Shown here piece by piece: positions 31,251 through 41,790 of a DNA stretch of 64,000 nt (within the stretch, counting starts at the first letter, position 1; each line of letters starts with the position of its first letter). The stretch is from Thermodesulfobacteriota bacterium (lineage in GTDB: Bacteria > Desulfobacterota_D > UBA1144 > Nemesobacterales > UBA2774). The notes below the pieces were generated by a model, which made no database searches, was not told where the DNA came from, and worked only from the letters and a program-made list of their open reading frames with translations. The position numbers and the translations under genes were made by a program. The stretch is from positions 288,001 through 352,000 of the forward strand of contig OZ244197.1 of assembly GCA_965216785.1 (NCBI GenBank), in the 5' to 3' direction.

Positions 31251-32039
31251 TCAAGCCGAGGAGCTTATCAGCTTACCCAGCTCTTGACCGGGGTCGGGAG
31301 TCTTCATAAAAGTCTCACCTATGAGAAAAACGTGGACACCTTCGGAGCGGAGCTTGGCAATGTCATCACTTGTGCGGATTCCGCTTTCGGCGACTACGAT
31401 GGTTTCGCCGGGGACTTTCTTGGATAGATTCAATGATACATTCAAATCAACTGTAAATGTTTTCAGGTCTCGGTTGTTTATGCCTATAATTTTAGCCCGG
31501 GCGCTAAGAGCGCGCTCAAGCTCATGTTCGTCATGCACCTCTACCAAAGCGTTCATACCGAGAGCTTCAGTAAGCTCGAGAAGCTCGCAGAGCTCATCCT
31601 GCTTGAGTGCGGCCACTATGAGTAATAAAGCGTCTGCACCGAAGTGCCTGGCTTCATATACCTGATACGGTTTCATTATAAAATCCTTTCTAAGAAGGGG
31701 AATATCCACCGCATTTCTTATCTGACTTAGGTACTCAAGGCTTCCCTTAAAAAACTTTTCGTCAGTCAGAACAGAGAGGGCGGAAGCTCCTGAAGAAGCA
31801 TAGCTTCGGGCTATACGCACGGGGTCAAAATCCTTTGAAATGATCCCCTTTGAGGGTGAGGCCCTTTTTATCTCGGCAATTATTCTAAGGTTTCCGTGAG
31901 GCTTTAGGGCCGCGTAAAAATCCCTAACGGCAGGGGCGCTGCCGAGCCCGTCTGCAATTTTCCCCAGTGGAAAAGTTTTTTCCGACTGCTCGATTTCAAT
32001 TAGCTTATTTTCAATTATTTCGTCTAGTATGGTGCTCAT
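31251..32039 (-). CDS. trpC: Indole-3-glycerol phosphate synthase
   Basis: IAEIKRASPSKG, LSVLTD, LRKDFI, GINNRDL, AESGI. Confidence 0.98.
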   Translation of the reverse strand: MSTILDEIIENKLIEIEQSEKTFPLGKIADGLGSAPAVRDFYAALKPHGNLRIIAEIKRASPSKGIISKDFDPVRIARSYASSGASALSVLTDEKFFKGSLEYLSQIRNAVDIPLLRKDFIMKPYQVYEARHFGADALLLIVAALKQDELCELLELTEALGMNALVEVHDEHELERALSARAKIIGINNRDLKTFTVDLNVSLNLSKKVPGETIVVAESGIRTSDDIAKLRSEGVHVFLIGETFMKTPDPGQELGKLISSSA

Positions 32040-32059
32040 CTTATATAGTTAACACAGGC

Positions 32060-33079
32060 TTAGTTATTGGTAGTAAAACTTATAAGCTCATTTAATTTTT
32101 TTAGAGCGGCACCCGAATCAAGCGACTGCTCTGCCGATGAAAGGGCTTCTGCCATGTCGGACGCCTGCTCGGCAACGTAGATTGCGGCTGCTGCGTTTAG
32201 AAGCGCGACATCACGTTTAGCCTCTTTTTCTTCACCCTTTAATATTGAAAGAACGATCTGTGCATTTTCTTTCGGGCTTGCCCCGCCTTTAAGCTCTGCC
32301 AGGTCCCTTCGTTTAATACCAAGTTCACTTGGGTCAAGCTGATATTTTCTGACCATACCGTCTTTGAGCTCTGAAACGATTGTTTTGCCGCCTACCGAGA
32401 GCTCATCAAGAGAGTCCGCGCCGTGAACTACCATAGCGCTCTTGTGTCCGAGGTTGCGAAGCACCTTCACTACAGGATCAATGAGGACTTCAGAATATAC
32501 GCCCATTACCTGATGTTTCACTCGCGCCGGGTTTACAATGGGTCCGAGAATGTTAAAGATTGTCCTTATCCCCACCTCTTTGCGCGGGCCCGCGACGTGC
32601 TTCATTGCGGGATGGTATATCGGGGCGAAAAGAAAAACAATACCGACATTATCGAGGCATTTACCCGCAAGCTCTGTTGAATGGTTTATATTCACGCCGA
32701 GCTCTTCAAGTACATCTGCGCTGCCGACAGGACTAGATACCGAGCGGTTACCGTGCTTTGCTACAGCTACACCGGCCCCCGCCACGATGAAAGAGGCCGT
32801 AGTGGATATATTGTAAGTCCCGAGGCTGTCTCCGCCCGTCCCGCACAGATCCACGACCGTATCATGTGAAGTGCTGACCTTACCCGCCTTCTCAAACATT
32901 GCCTTTGCCGCTCCTGTAATTTCAGACACGCTCTCGCCCTTCATCCTGAGCGCTACGAGAAAGGAAGAGATCTGGGCGGGCGTGGCCTCCCCCTCCATCA
33001 TCTGCTCTACGACAGCCGACATTTCATCTTCTTCAAGATCGATTCTCTCTACAACTTTGGATATAGCCTCTTTTATCAT
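32060..33079 (-). CDS. trpD: Anthranilate phosphoribosyltransferase
   Basis: CGTGGD, NIST, KHGNRS, GSADVLE, RTIFNILGP. Confidence 0.98.
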   Translation of the reverse strand: MIKEAISKVVERIDLEEDEMSAVVEQMMEGEATPAQISSFLVALRMKGESVSEITGAAKAMFEKAGKVSTSHDTVVDLCGTGGDSLGTYNISTTASFIVAGAGVAVAKHGNRSVSSPVGSADVLEELGVNINHSTELAGKCLDNVGIVFLFAPIYHPAMKHVAGPRKEVGIRTIFNILGPIVNPARVKHQVMGVYSEVLIDPVVKVLRNLGHKSAMVVHGADSLDELSVGGKTIVSELKDGMVRKYQLDPSELGIKRRDLAELKGGASPKENAQIVLSILKGEEKEAKRDVALLNAAAAIYVAEQASDMAEALSSAEQSLDSGAALKKLNELISFTTNN

Positions 33080-33520
33080 TTACAATTCACCTTTATCCCG
33101 ATCTTCCTTTACTTTGTCCAGGATGCCGTTTATGAATGCACCGGACTCTTCCGTGCCGAAGGTTTTTCCAAGCTCAACGGCCTCGTTTATGGTAACAGCG
33201 GGCGGAATGCTGCTCAAGTAAAGTATTTCATACACGGCAATCCTGAGAATATTTTTATCGATTTTAGATATTCTGGACAGCCGCCAATTCTTTGAATAGC
33301 GAACTATGATATCATCCAGCTGACTAAGGTTCGAACAGCATCCTTTGGAGAGCACGGACGAAAATTCTTTAACCTCTGCATCCGTGTTGACGCCGTCACG
33401 CTCCCAAAACAGGGAGAGCGATTCCTCTACTGAAGGAGATTCAGGGGAGGATTCGTTTAGCGAGTCGTGTTGATAGAGAAACTGGAGTGCAAGCTCCCTG
33501 GCGCGTCTCCTTTTACCCAT
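33080..33520 (-). CDS. nusB: Transcription antitermination factor NusB
   Basis: RRRARELALQFLY, INEAVELGK, FINGILD. Confidence 0.97.
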   Translation of the reverse strand: MGKRRRARELALQFLYQHDSLNESSPESPSVEESLSLFWERDGVNTDAEVKEFSSVLSKGCCSNLSQLDDIIVRYSKNWRLSRISKIDKNILRIAVYEILYLSSIPPAVTINEAVELGKTFGTEESGAFINGILDKVKEDRDKGEL

Positions 33521-33531
33521 GGGACGCTATA

Positions 33532-34008
33532 TTACCTTTTTTTGGATAATTCTTTAGTGAGATTTGCCATTTCTATGGCTGAGAGCGCGGCTTCACTGCC
33601 GCGGTTGCCTGCCTTGGAGCCCGCTCTTTCAATTGCCTGCTCTAGTGTCTCTGTCGTTAAAACGCCTGAGGAGACAGGCACGTTTTTATCTAGGCTGATC
33701 GTTATCAGACTGCTCGTTACTGTGGAGGCGAGGAATTCGTAATGAGAGGTCTGACCCCTAATAATAGCGCCAAGAGCAATTATAGCGTCGTACTTACCTC
33801 TCTCGGCCGCTTTCTTAACCGCAAAGAGAATCTCGTAGGACCCCGGTACTTTTATAACATCTATATCCTTTTCCGATCCGCCGTGTCTGGTAATTGTATC
33901 TACCGCGCCGCTCAAAAGCCTGTCGGTAACAAATTCGTTGAACCTGCTTACGACCACGGCAAGTTTGAGTCCTTTGGCGTTCATATTCCCTTCATAGGTT
34001 TGAGTCAT
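33532..34008 (-). CDS. ribH: 6,7-dimethyl-8-ribityllumazine synthase
   Basis: SRFN, VPGSYE, GAIIRGQT, EQAIERAG. Confidence 0.97.
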   Translation of the reverse strand: MTQTYEGNMNAKGLKLAVVVSRFNEFVTDRLLSGAVDTITRHGGSEKDIDVIKVPGSYEILFAVKKAAERGKYDAIIALGAIIRGQTSHYEFLASTVTSSLITISLDKNVPVSSGVLTTETLEQAIERAGSKAGNRGSEAALSAIEMANLTKELSKKR

Positions 34009-34019
34009 AAGAGTCTCCT

Positions 34020-35228
34020 TTAATCGACCATGGAAAGAATGTGACCGAGCTTGTCCTTTTTGACCTTAAGGTAATTGGAGTTCTCACCGTTGGGCGCTAT
34101 CTCTATGGGAACGCGCTCCACGATCTGGAGACCGAACCCTTCGAGTCCCTTCACCTTTCTGGGATTGTTTGTGAGAAGTCTGATATTCCTTACACCCAGG
34201 TCTAAAAGCACCTGAGCGCCGATTCCGTAGTCTCTGAGATCGGGCTTAAACCCGAGCGCCTCGTTTGCTTCAACGGTGTCGAAACCATCATCCTGAAGGG
34301 TGTAGGCCTTTATCTTATTCAGAAGACCTATGCCCCTGCCCTCCTGGCGCATATAGAGAATTACTCCCTTGCCGTCTTCATTAATAATGCGCATTGCCTG
34401 GCGCACCTGCGGGCCGCAGTCGCAGCGCAGTGAGCCGAACACATCGCTTGTAAGACACTCTGAATGAACTCTTACCAGCACGTCGTCTTCAGGGGTGATA
34501 TCGCCCTTAACGAGCGCTATGTGGTGCTGGGGGTCTATATCGCTCTCATAGACAATGACCTTGAAGTCGCCGAACTCTGTAGGTAGAGCGGCTGAGGCCG
34601 CTTGCTTGACGAAGCTTTCACGGCGCAGGCGGTAGCTGATGAGGTCTGCGATCGAGGCGATTTTGATGTCGTGCTTTTCTGCAAATGTTTCAAGATCGGG
34701 GAGCCTGGCCATATCTCCGTCGTCATTCATTATCTCGCATATAACCGCCGCGGGCTTAAGCCCCGCGAGACGGGCTATGTCAACCGAGCCCTCCGTATGT
34801 CCCGCCCTAACGAGCACCCCGCCTTGTCTTGCGATGAGCGGGAACACGTGCCCGGGCCTAACAAAATCCTCAGGCTTTGCATCCTCTGAAATAGCGAGCT
34901 TCATCGTGGATGATCTGTCATATGCTGAAATGCCTGTAGTGATCCCTTTGCAGGCGTCGATGGAAATAGTGAACGCCGTGTACTGGGGCACAGGGTTATA
35001 TTCGGGTGTTATTGGCTGAAGACCTATCTGATCGGCATTGTCCTTTGTGATTGCCATACAGATGAGCCCTCTTCCGTGTGTGGCCATGAAATTGATTACA
35101 TCCGGACCTGCGTGCTCTGCCGCTATAACTAGGTCGCCCTCGTTTTCACGGTCCTTGTCGTCTACCAGTATTACCATTTTGCCGTCTTTAATGTCGGAAA
35201 TGGCTTCTTCTATCGTACAAATCGGCAT
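34020..35228 (-). CDS. ribBA: Bifunctional DHBP synthase/GTP cyclohydrolase II
   Basis: DRENEGD, RAGHTE, VHSECLT, RCDCG, QEGRGIG, LTNNP; likely start ATG at 35228. Confidence 0.98.
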   Translation of the reverse strand: MPICTIEEAISDIKDGKMVILVDDKDRENEGDLVIAAEHAGPDVINFMATHGRGLICMAITKDNADQIGLQPITPEYNPVPQYTAFTISIDACKGITTGISAYDRSSTMKLAISEDAKPEDFVRPGHVFPLIARQGGVLVRAGHTEGSVDIARLAGLKPAAVICEIMNDDGDMARLPDLETFAEKHDIKIASIADLISYRLRRESFVKQAASAALPTEFGDFKVIVYESDIDPQHHIALVKGDITPEDDVLVRVHSECLTSDVFGSLRCDCGPQVRQAMRIINEDGKGVILYMRQEGRGIGLLNKIKAYTLQDDGFDTVEANEALGFKPDLRDYGIGAQVLLDLGVRNIRLLTNNPRKVKGLEGFGLQIVERVPIEIAPNGENSNYLKVKKDKLGHILSMVD

Positions 35229-35282
35229 TATTCTCAAAAACCCCCAAAATACTTATTGTTTAAATATATTAATCTGACTTAC

Positions 35283-35310
35283 AATATAAGCCAGGAACTA
35301 GTTTTGTCAA
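35283..35310 (-). promoter_or_regulatory. Putative sigma70 promoter of the ribBA operon
   Basis: Minus strand TTGACA-16 nt-TATATT, about 55 nt upstream of ribBA. Confidence 0.5.
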
Positions 35311-35421
35311 ATATGTAAGACGCCCGTAAGATTGAGAAAAAATGGCTGAAAAATTTGCATTAAGAATAAGATACCAAGCTCAGATGTCGGATAAATTTAC
35401 AGTAATTCCGCAGACTCTTTA

Positions 35422-36423
35422 TTAATTCGCCGTGATATTCGAATCTATATTTATACTCTTAGTGAGCGCTTCAAACGCTTTATTATAGTATGTCTTCCGA
35501 TCAGGATACACTATAAAAGCTCCGACTTGGGGATGTTTCTCTAAAAATTCAATTGCCTTGTCCTTACCCATTACAAATAGTGATGTGGCGTATGCGTCGG
35601 CAAGAGTGTTATTAGCTTCCATCAATACAGTTACGCTAAGAAAATCGTTCCCGGGCTTTCCTGTTTGGGGCAAGATCAGATGGTGGTAAGTCTTCCCGTC
35701 CGAAGTGACGGTCCTTTCATAACCTCCGCTGGTAGATATTGCGAGGTCACCCGCTCCGGTCTGAAACTCTGCGATCGCGCCTTGACTGCCCGGGTCTTTG
35801 ATACCCATATTTACTTCGTGGCCGAATACCCTTATATCTCCGGAAAGAGAGACAATACCTTTTGATACTCCTTGTTCTTTTAAAGCCTCGACTGCCTTAT
35901 CTATGGCAAAACCCTTTCCTATGCCTCCCAGATCGAGCATCATACCCTCTTTTTCTAAATAAACCGTATCACCCTCGATTAAAAGGTCTTTATAGTTGAC
36001 TAGCAACTTTGCGTTTTCGATATCTTCTTCCGTAATCTTAGATTGCCGGTCTCTTCCAAAGCGGTAAACGCCTATGGTGAGCGCGCCTATGGTCGGGTCG
36101 AACTCCCCTCCGGTTTCAGTAGCTACTTGTTTTGATATTAGAAGGACCTGACTTACGTCGGGGCTTACTTTTACCGGCTGTTTACCCGCTTGCCTATTTA
36201 TTTCAGATATCTCACTTGTGGGCTTGTAGTCAGAAAGGAGATTGTCGATCCTTGCTATTTCTGAAAACGCGCGGTCTGCCTGATTATTGCCAGCGCCGTA
36301 AATAAGCACACGGGCGTGTGTCCCCATGTGATACTGCTGCCTCTCAAGCGCGGGCCCCTCTGAAAAAGCGGAAACACTTGCTAAAATAAGAATGAATGTA
36401 CAGAGTAGTGATAAAGCTTTCAT
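35422..36423 (-). CDS. apbE: FAD:protein FMN transferase (ApbE family)
   Basis: MGT, FDPTIG, DLGGIGKG, STSGGYER, YHHLI, ADAYATSL; signal peptide. Confidence 0.95.
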   Translation of the reverse strand: MKALSLLCTFILILASVSAFSEGPALERQQYHMGTHARVLIYGAGNNQADRAFSEIARIDNLLSDYKPTSEISEINRQAGKQPVKVSPDVSQVLLISKQVATETGGEFDPTIGALTIGVYRFGRDRQSKITEEDIENAKLLVNYKDLLIEGDTVYLEKEGMMLDLGGIGKGFAIDKAVEALKEQGVSKGIVSLSGDIRVFGHEVNMGIKDPGSQGAIAEFQTGAGDLAISTSGGYERTVTSDGKTYHHLILPQTGKPGNDFLSVTVLMEANNTLADAYATSLFVMGKDKAIEFLEKHPQVGAFIVYPDRKTYYNKAFEALTKSINIDSNITAN

Positions 36424-36560
36424 GTTTAAAAGTGTATCACAACAACTAGTTATCTATACACGGACTTTAAAATAGTATTGACTTAAACCTCCGAAAGCAT
36501 TAACTTTTATACTGTAATGGCTTTATATTATTACAAAAATGCTATAGATTAGAGCAAGTT

Positions 36561-37943
36561 ATGATTATTCAATGCAGCAGGTGCAGCCGAAAGTTTAAAA
36601 TCGACAATTCCAGAATCAAGCCTGAGGGCAGTAATGTCAGATGCTCTAAGTGCGGTCATATATTTATAGTTAAAAGAGGGGAGCCTGTACTTGGCCATGA
36701 TCCGCTTACCGAGGAGCCTGAAAAGGTATCCCAAACTGATATCAATCAAGATATAAACATTGAGAAAATCCCTGTAGACACAAGAGTTGAAGAGAGTTTT
36801 AGTGAAACCAGCTCAGTTGAGGACGTCGATATCGGCCGAGATGAGATTGCTCAGCCCGAGGAAGTTCCCACGGAGCTTGGAAGAGATATGCCTGATGATG
36901 ATCAGCTGGACATTGAGTTTGATCATGTACATAAAAACGCCGAGAATTGGGAAGAGTTTGTAAGCATAAGTAAGACCGGGGGGCATAGCGAGGATATTGA
37001 GACAAGCGAGAGTGGGGTGAGTGAGAAGGAGCAAAACGACTTTAGCTGGGAGAATATAAATATAGAGGAAGAGCCTGAAGATCAGAGCCCCGATATTCCA
37101 CAGATGTTTGAAGACGAAGAGGATACGAGTCCCCAAGAGCCAGAAGATGCTGAAGAGGCCGAAAAGAATATAGCCTCTCAAGATAAAAGTGAATCTGACG
37201 GTTACGAGTATCAAAAAGGGTCAGCCGAGAAGCTTACCCTAGATAGGGAGTCTCCCGATAAGTATATGGATAGTGAGGGAGAGTTTGGGCAAGTAGAGCA
37301 AAGAACTGTTCACCGTAGGGCAGAATATTACGGGTCACAAGGTAAATCAAAAAAAGGCTTTTTAGGAAAAATTGTATCTACACTTATGATAGCAGCCGTT
37401 TTTGTCATAATTATTACAGCCAGTATTACTATATTGATTAACCTCGAGCTTATACCGGAGGAGAATGTAAGCAAGGCTAAAACCCTGGTTGAGTCGGTAC
37501 TGCCGATTAAGCTCACGGCAGAGAAAACCCGTGATATCGTAATTACCCAGCATAGCGGCAATTGGATGAATACCAGGTTCGGACCGCTGTACGTGATATC
37601 GGGAATGATTAAAAATATATCTGATCATCCGATTCATTACATACAGATAAGAAGCGAGTTTGTATCGGCAGGGAAAACATTATACGAGGATACAATCTAC
37701 GCAGGCAATACGTTTAGTGATAATGAGCTTAAGGTTTCGAAAGTTGAAGATATAGTCTTCAAGCTCAAAAAGAAAAACGGCGATATAGACTACTACGATA
37801 TGAAAAAGCTCTCAGGCCTGAATTACGACGTTAAGCCGGGGGAGTCTATACCGTTTTTCGCTGTTTTCCCCTATGACAGCACTGTTTTGGGCTTAAAATA
37901 TAACCTTGAAGTAGTAAATTACGAAGATTCTACGATCAATTAA
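36561..37943 (+). CDS. MJ0042-type zinc-ribbon membrane protein with DUF3426-like C-terminal domain
   Basis: CSRC...VRCSKCGHIF zinc ribbon, long acidic linker, single TM, periplasmic beta domain ending PGESIPF. Confidence 0.8.
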   Translation: MIIQCSRCSRKFKIDNSRIKPEGSNVRCSKCGHIFIVKRGEPVLGHDPLTEEPEKVSQTDINQDINIEKIPVDTRVEESFSETSSVEDVDIGRDEIAQPEEVPTELGRDMPDDDQLDIEFDHVHKNAENWEEFVSISKTGGHSEDIETSESGVSEKEQNDFSWENINIEEEPEDQSPDIPQMFEDEEDTSPQEPEDAEEAEKNIASQDKSESDGYEYQKGSAEKLTLDRESPDKYMDSEGEFGQVEQRTVHRRAEYYGSQGKSKKGFLGKIVSTLMIAAVFVIIITASITILINLELIPEENVSKAKTLVESVLPIKLTAEKTRDIVITQHSGNWMNTRFGPLYVISGMIKNISDHPIHYIQIRSEFVSAGKTLYEDTIYAGNTFSDNELKVSKVEDIVFKLKKKNGDIDYYDMKKLSGLNYDVKPGESIPFFAVFPYDSTVLGLKYNLEVVNYEDSTIN

Positions 37944-37991
37944 CCGTTTTCACAAAAGCACTCTAAACAGAGGAGTACCGCAATAATTTCC

Positions 37992-38020
37992 TTGCTATCC
38001 TGCAGTAACTCAAGTAAAAT
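37992..38020 (+). promoter_or_regulatory. Putative sigma70 promoter for the H1-like gene and guaB
   Basis: TTGCTA-17 nt-TAAAAT. Confidence 0.5.
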
Positions 38021-38155
38021 AACCCAGATAAAAGTAAGATATATTTTTACCACTCAATCTGATCTCTTATAAAATCAGAAGATTTATGAAAAAAGATTAT
38101 TTAGTGTATTTAAATAAATACGGGACGTTTTCTATTTGTACCAAGCGAGGTTATT

Positions 38156-38683
38156 ATGAAATCCACCCGTCTTAAAATTAGTGTAAGCCAGGACGGCCTG
38201 CTGCCGCAGGAAACGGCTGAAATTGCGACTCTGGAATTCCCAACGCTGCCTAAAAAGCTTCTTAAAGCTCTAGGTTTTGAGCGCGTAGACTCAAAAACCT
38301 ACGTAGGGGTGCTTCCTGTATTTATTAACCTTGGGGAAAAAGACCAGGAAATTGAGATTGAGCTCGGCGTAACTCTCCCCGAGATGAGAAAGAAAATAAT
38401 AGAGATAGTGAAAACCCCTGCAAGACTGATTGCAGTGGCTCAAGAAGCAAAAGCTGTATCTGAGGCAAAAACTGCTAAGAAAGCGGCGGCCAAAACGGCC
38501 AAGGCACCGGCAAAGCCTAAAGCCGAGCCCAAAGCAAAAGCCAAAGCCGCGCCAAAAGCAAAGCCCAAAGCGGCACCCAAAGCAGCTGCTAAAACTACAG
38601 CAAAAGCTAAACCGAAAACCGCGGCAAAAACCACGACCAAGACCCAAAGCAAGACTACTACTAAACGGACAACAAAAAGGTAA
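38156..38683 (+). CDS. Hypothetical protein with histone-H1-like Ala/Lys/Pro/Thr-rich tail
   Basis: GAGG RBS; about 95-aa globular N-terminus, then PKAK/AAPK repeats; 6 nt from guaB. Confidence 0.8.
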   Translation: MKSTRLKISVSQDGLLPQETAEIATLEFPTLPKKLLKALGFERVDSKTYVGVLPVFINLGEKDQEIEIELGVTLPEMRKKIIEIVKTPARLIAVAQEAKAVSEAKTAKKAAAKTAKAPAKPKAEPKAKAKAAPKAKPKAAPKAAAKTTAKAKPKTAAKTTTKTQSKTTTKRTTKR

Positions 38684-38689
38684 TAGAGA

Positions 38690-40168
38690 ATGCGCGCTGA
38701 TTTTGTGGAAGAATGTTTGACTTTCGATGATGTTCTTTTAAAACCTGCGTACTCTGAGATTTTGCCTAATGAAGTGGACGTATCCACTAATCTTACTGCT
38801 AAAATAAAACTCAACACCCCGCTTTTAAGCGCGGCCATGGATACCGTGACCGAAGCCAAAACGGCTATAGCAATGGCGCAGGAGGGCGGGATCGGCATTA
38901 TTCACAGAAACCTCGGTATAGACCTTCAGACAGCGGAAGTAAAAAAAGTAAAAAAGTACGAAAGCGGCATGATTGTAAATCCCCTTACCGTACGGGCGGA
39001 TCACAGGGTAGAGGAAGCACTGGAAATCATGCTGAAACAAAATATTACAGGGCTCCCCGTAACTAAAGAGGACGACACTCTGCTGGGAATTGTGACTTTC
39101 AGAGACCTTAGGTTCGAGAAGAACCTGGATTATAAGGTTAAGCAGATAATGACTCCGAAAAAGAATCTTATTACTGTCGGAGACGGGACGAACCTTGAGG
39201 AAGCCAAGGAGCTTCTCCATAAATACAAGATTGAAAAACTTCCCGTAGTTGATAAAAAGTTTAGACTCCGAGGACTCATTACAATGAAGGATATTGAGAA
39301 AATAGAGAAATATCCTACAGCTTGTAAAGACGACATGGGAAGACTTAGATGCGGGGCCGCAGTGGGCGTAGGCGCTGACAGAGAGGAGAGGATTGAGTCC
39401 CTGATAAAAGTCGGATGCGACGTTATCATAATAGACACTGCCCACGGTCATTCTAAAATGGTTATCGACGCGGTAGCCGATACGAAGAAAAACTTTTCAG
39501 GAATTGAGATAATAGCGGGTAATATAGCTACCGGGGAGGCTGCCGAGGCGCTCATTAAAGCAGGCGCGGACGGAGTGAAGATCGGGGTAGGCCCGGGCTC
39601 AATATGCACGACGCGCGTAATCGCCGGAATCGGCATGCCTCAAATATCGGCCATTCAGGACGTTTCAGAAGTGACGGAGAAGTACGGTATACCCGCAATT
39701 GCCGACGGCGGCATAAAGTATTCAGGCGATATAGCAAAAGCCCTGGTTGCAGGCGCTAACTCCGTAATGATAGGAAACCTATTCGCTGGAACCGATGAGG
39801 CCCCGGGCGAGGTGATACTTTTTCAGGGCCGCACGTATAAGGTGTACAGAGGTATGGGCTCAATCGAGGCGATGAAAAAAGGGAGCAGCCGCGACCGTTA
39901 CGCTCAGAATATCGGCGATGAAATGATAGATTCAAAACTTGTGCCCGAAGGCATTGAGGGCAGGATCCCCTACAGAGGCCCCTTGGGCGCTATGATTTAT
40001 CAGTTGGTTGGAGGGCTCAGGGCCGGAATGGGATACACCGGCTGTAAAACCATAAACGAGCTCAGGACAAAAGCGAATTTTATTAAAGTCACCAATGCAG
40101 GGCTTCGAGAAGGGCACGTTCACGATGTAATAATTACAAAAGAAGCCCCAAATTATAGAATCGAGTGA
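38690..40168 (+). CDS. guaB: IMP dehydrogenase
   Basis: [20 protein letters not shown] pair, [22 protein letters not shown]. Confidence 0.99.
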   Translation: MRADFVEECLTFDDVLLKPAYSEILPNEVDVSTNLTAKIKLNTPLLSAAMDTVTEAKTAIAMAQEGGIGIIHRNLGIDLQTAEVKKVKKYESGMIVNPLTVRADHRVEEALEIMLKQNITGLPVTKEDDTLLGIVTFRDLRFEKNLDYKVKQIMTPKKNLITVGDGTNLEEAKELLHKYKIEKLPVVDKKFRLRGLITMKDIEKIEKYPTACKDDMGRLRCGAAVGVGADREERIESLIKVGCDVIIIDTAHGHSKMVIDAVADTKKNFSGIEIIAGNIATGEAAEALIKAGADGVKIGVGPGSICTTRVIAGIGMPQISAIQDVSEVTEKYGIPAIADGGIKYSGDIAKALVAGANSVMIGNLFAGTDEAPGEVILFQGRTYKVYRGMGSIEAMKKGSSRDRYAQNIGDEMIDSKLVPEGIEGRIPYRGPLGAMIYQLVGGLRAGMGYTGCKTINELRTKANFIKVTNAGLREGHVHDVIITKEAPNYRIE

Positions 40169-40238
40169 TGCTGTAATAAAGAGCTTTTAACTAAGTATTG
40201 CAGTATGCTCGAACGAATCTTTTTCTTCCGATTTAAAT

Positions 40239-41771
40239 ATGAGAGAAACTATATTAGTTCTTGATTTTGGCTCACAGTACACCCAGCTGATTGCAAGGAG
40301 GGTGCGGGAGCTGGGCGTATATTCAGAGATAAAACCCTATAACTTAACCCTAGCGGAAATTTCCGAAATAAACCCTAAAGCTATTATTCTTTCTGGGGGG
40401 CCTTCAAGCGTTTGGGACGAAGAGCACCCCTCGTTAGACACCAAAATATTCGATATGGGTTTGCCGATACTCGGCATTTGCTACGGACTTCAGATAACGA
40501 TGCACCTGCTGGGGGGCACGGTGGAGCGCTCTGAGAAACGAGAGTTCGGCCCCGCGCGGCTTAGCGTACTCGATGACTCCGATATATTCTCGGGAATTTC
40601 GAAAGAGAGTGACGTTTGGATGTCTCACGGAGACAGGGTCTTGGATCTGCCAGAGGGGTTCACGGTCATAGCAAAAAGCGACAACTCTCCACAGGCCGGA
40701 GTAAAAAGTGAAAAACTTAAGTTCTGGGGCACCCAGTTTCACCCAGAAGTCGTTCATACGGACTGCGGGAAAGAAATACTTTCTAACTTCGTACATAAAA
40801 TTGCGGGGTGCGCTAACTCCTGGACGCCGAAGTCATTCGCTGAGACCACGATAAACGAAATAAGGGAAAAGGTGGGAGACTCGCAGGTAGTATGCGGACT
40901 CTCTGGCGGAGTGGATTCCGCAGTGGCGGCGCTAATTATACAGCATGCCATATGGGACAAGCTCCACTGTATATTTGTCGACACCGGAATGATGAGACTG
41001 AACGAGGCAGAAGAGGTAGTCCGCTCTTTTCAGGATATGGGACTCAACCTTATCCATGTGGACGCTAAAGACAGGTTTTTAGAAAAGCTTCGTGATGTGA
41101 CGGACCCGGAAAAGAAAAGGAAGATTATAGGCGAGGAGTTCATCAGGGTTTTTGAAGAGGAATCCTCTCACCTGAGCGGGGCCGAGTATCTGGCGCAGGG
41201 GACGCTTTACCCGGACGTGATAGAAAGCGTGAGTGTGAAGGGCCCGTCGGCAACGATAAAATCACACCATAACGTAGGCGGGCTGCCAGAGAAAATGGAC
41301 CTTAAGCTTGTAGAGCCTCTAAGAGAGCTGTTTAAGGACGAAGTCAGAGCCGTAGGGCGAGAGCTTGGTCTAGACCCGAATATACTAAACCGCCACCCCT
41401 TCCCAGGCCCGGGACTGGCAATCAGGATTATGGGGGAGATCACGGAGGAAAGGCTCGACGTGCTAAGGCTGGCCGACTATATATTTATCGAAGAGATAAA
41501 AAAAGCCGGGATTTACGATGACATATGGCAGGCTTTCTGCGTCTTCCTTCCCGTGAAAACCGTGGGCGTGATGGGTGATGAGCGGACGTATGAGAACGTG
41601 ATAGCGCTAAGGGCTGTAACGAGCCTTGACGGAATGACCGCTAAATGGGCCAGAATACCCGCTGAAACACTTGAGAGGATCTCGGTCAGGATTATTAACG
41701 AAGTGAAGGGTATAAACCGCGTGGTGTATGATATATCCACAAAACCGCCGGGTACTATCGAATGGGAATAA
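40239..41771 (+). CDS. guaA: GMP synthase (glutamine-hydrolysing)
   Basis: [44 protein letters not shown]. Confidence 0.99.
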   Translation: MRETILVLDFGSQYTQLIARRVRELGVYSEIKPYNLTLAEISEINPKAIILSGGPSSVWDEEHPSLDTKIFDMGLPILGICYGLQITMHLLGGTVERSEKREFGPARLSVLDDSDIFSGISKESDVWMSHGDRVLDLPEGFTVIAKSDNSPQAGVKSEKLKFWGTQFHPEVVHTDCGKEILSNFVHKIAGCANSWTPKSFAETTINEIREKVGDSQVVCGLSGGVDSAVAALIIQHAIWDKLHCIFVDTGMMRLNEAEEVVRSFQDMGLNLIHVDAKDRFLEKLRDVTDPEKKRKIIGEEFIRVFEEESSHLSGAEYLAQGTLYPDVIESVSVKGPSATIKSHHNVGGLPEKMDLKLVEPLRELFKDEVRAVGRELGLDPNILNRHPFPGPGLAIRIMGEITEERLDVLRLADYIFIEEIKKAGIYDDIWQAFCVFLPVKTVGVMGDERTYENVIALRAVTSLDGMTAKWARIPAETLERISVRIINEVKGINRVVYDISTKPPGTIEWE

Positions 41772-41790
41772 AATCTAAAACGATTTTATT

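Noticed and set aside
35238-35421. FMN riboswitch upstream of ribBA
   Set aside because: AT-rich region with no RFN consensus; the predicted promoter leaves too short a leader.
36513-36535. TGTAAT-N11-ATTACA as another member of the GTAAT regulon
   Set aside because: Opposite orientation and spacing, no 11-bp direct-repeat array and no -10 at the conserved distance.
38021-38175. Purine riboswitch or 29-codon upstream ORF before the H1-like gene and guaB
   Set aside because: No riboswitch core is visible. The short ORF has no RBS or telling codon content and is probably chance.
38291-38898. Alternative-frame and antisense ORFs (Cys/Phe/Gly-rich, Ala-rich) over the H1-like gene
   Set aside because: Shadows of the low-complexity Ala/Lys/Pro codons.
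40950-40960. GuaA AIWD where AIGD is usual
   Set aside because: A single-base difference outside the catalytic motifs; it cannot be told from polymorphism or sequencing error.
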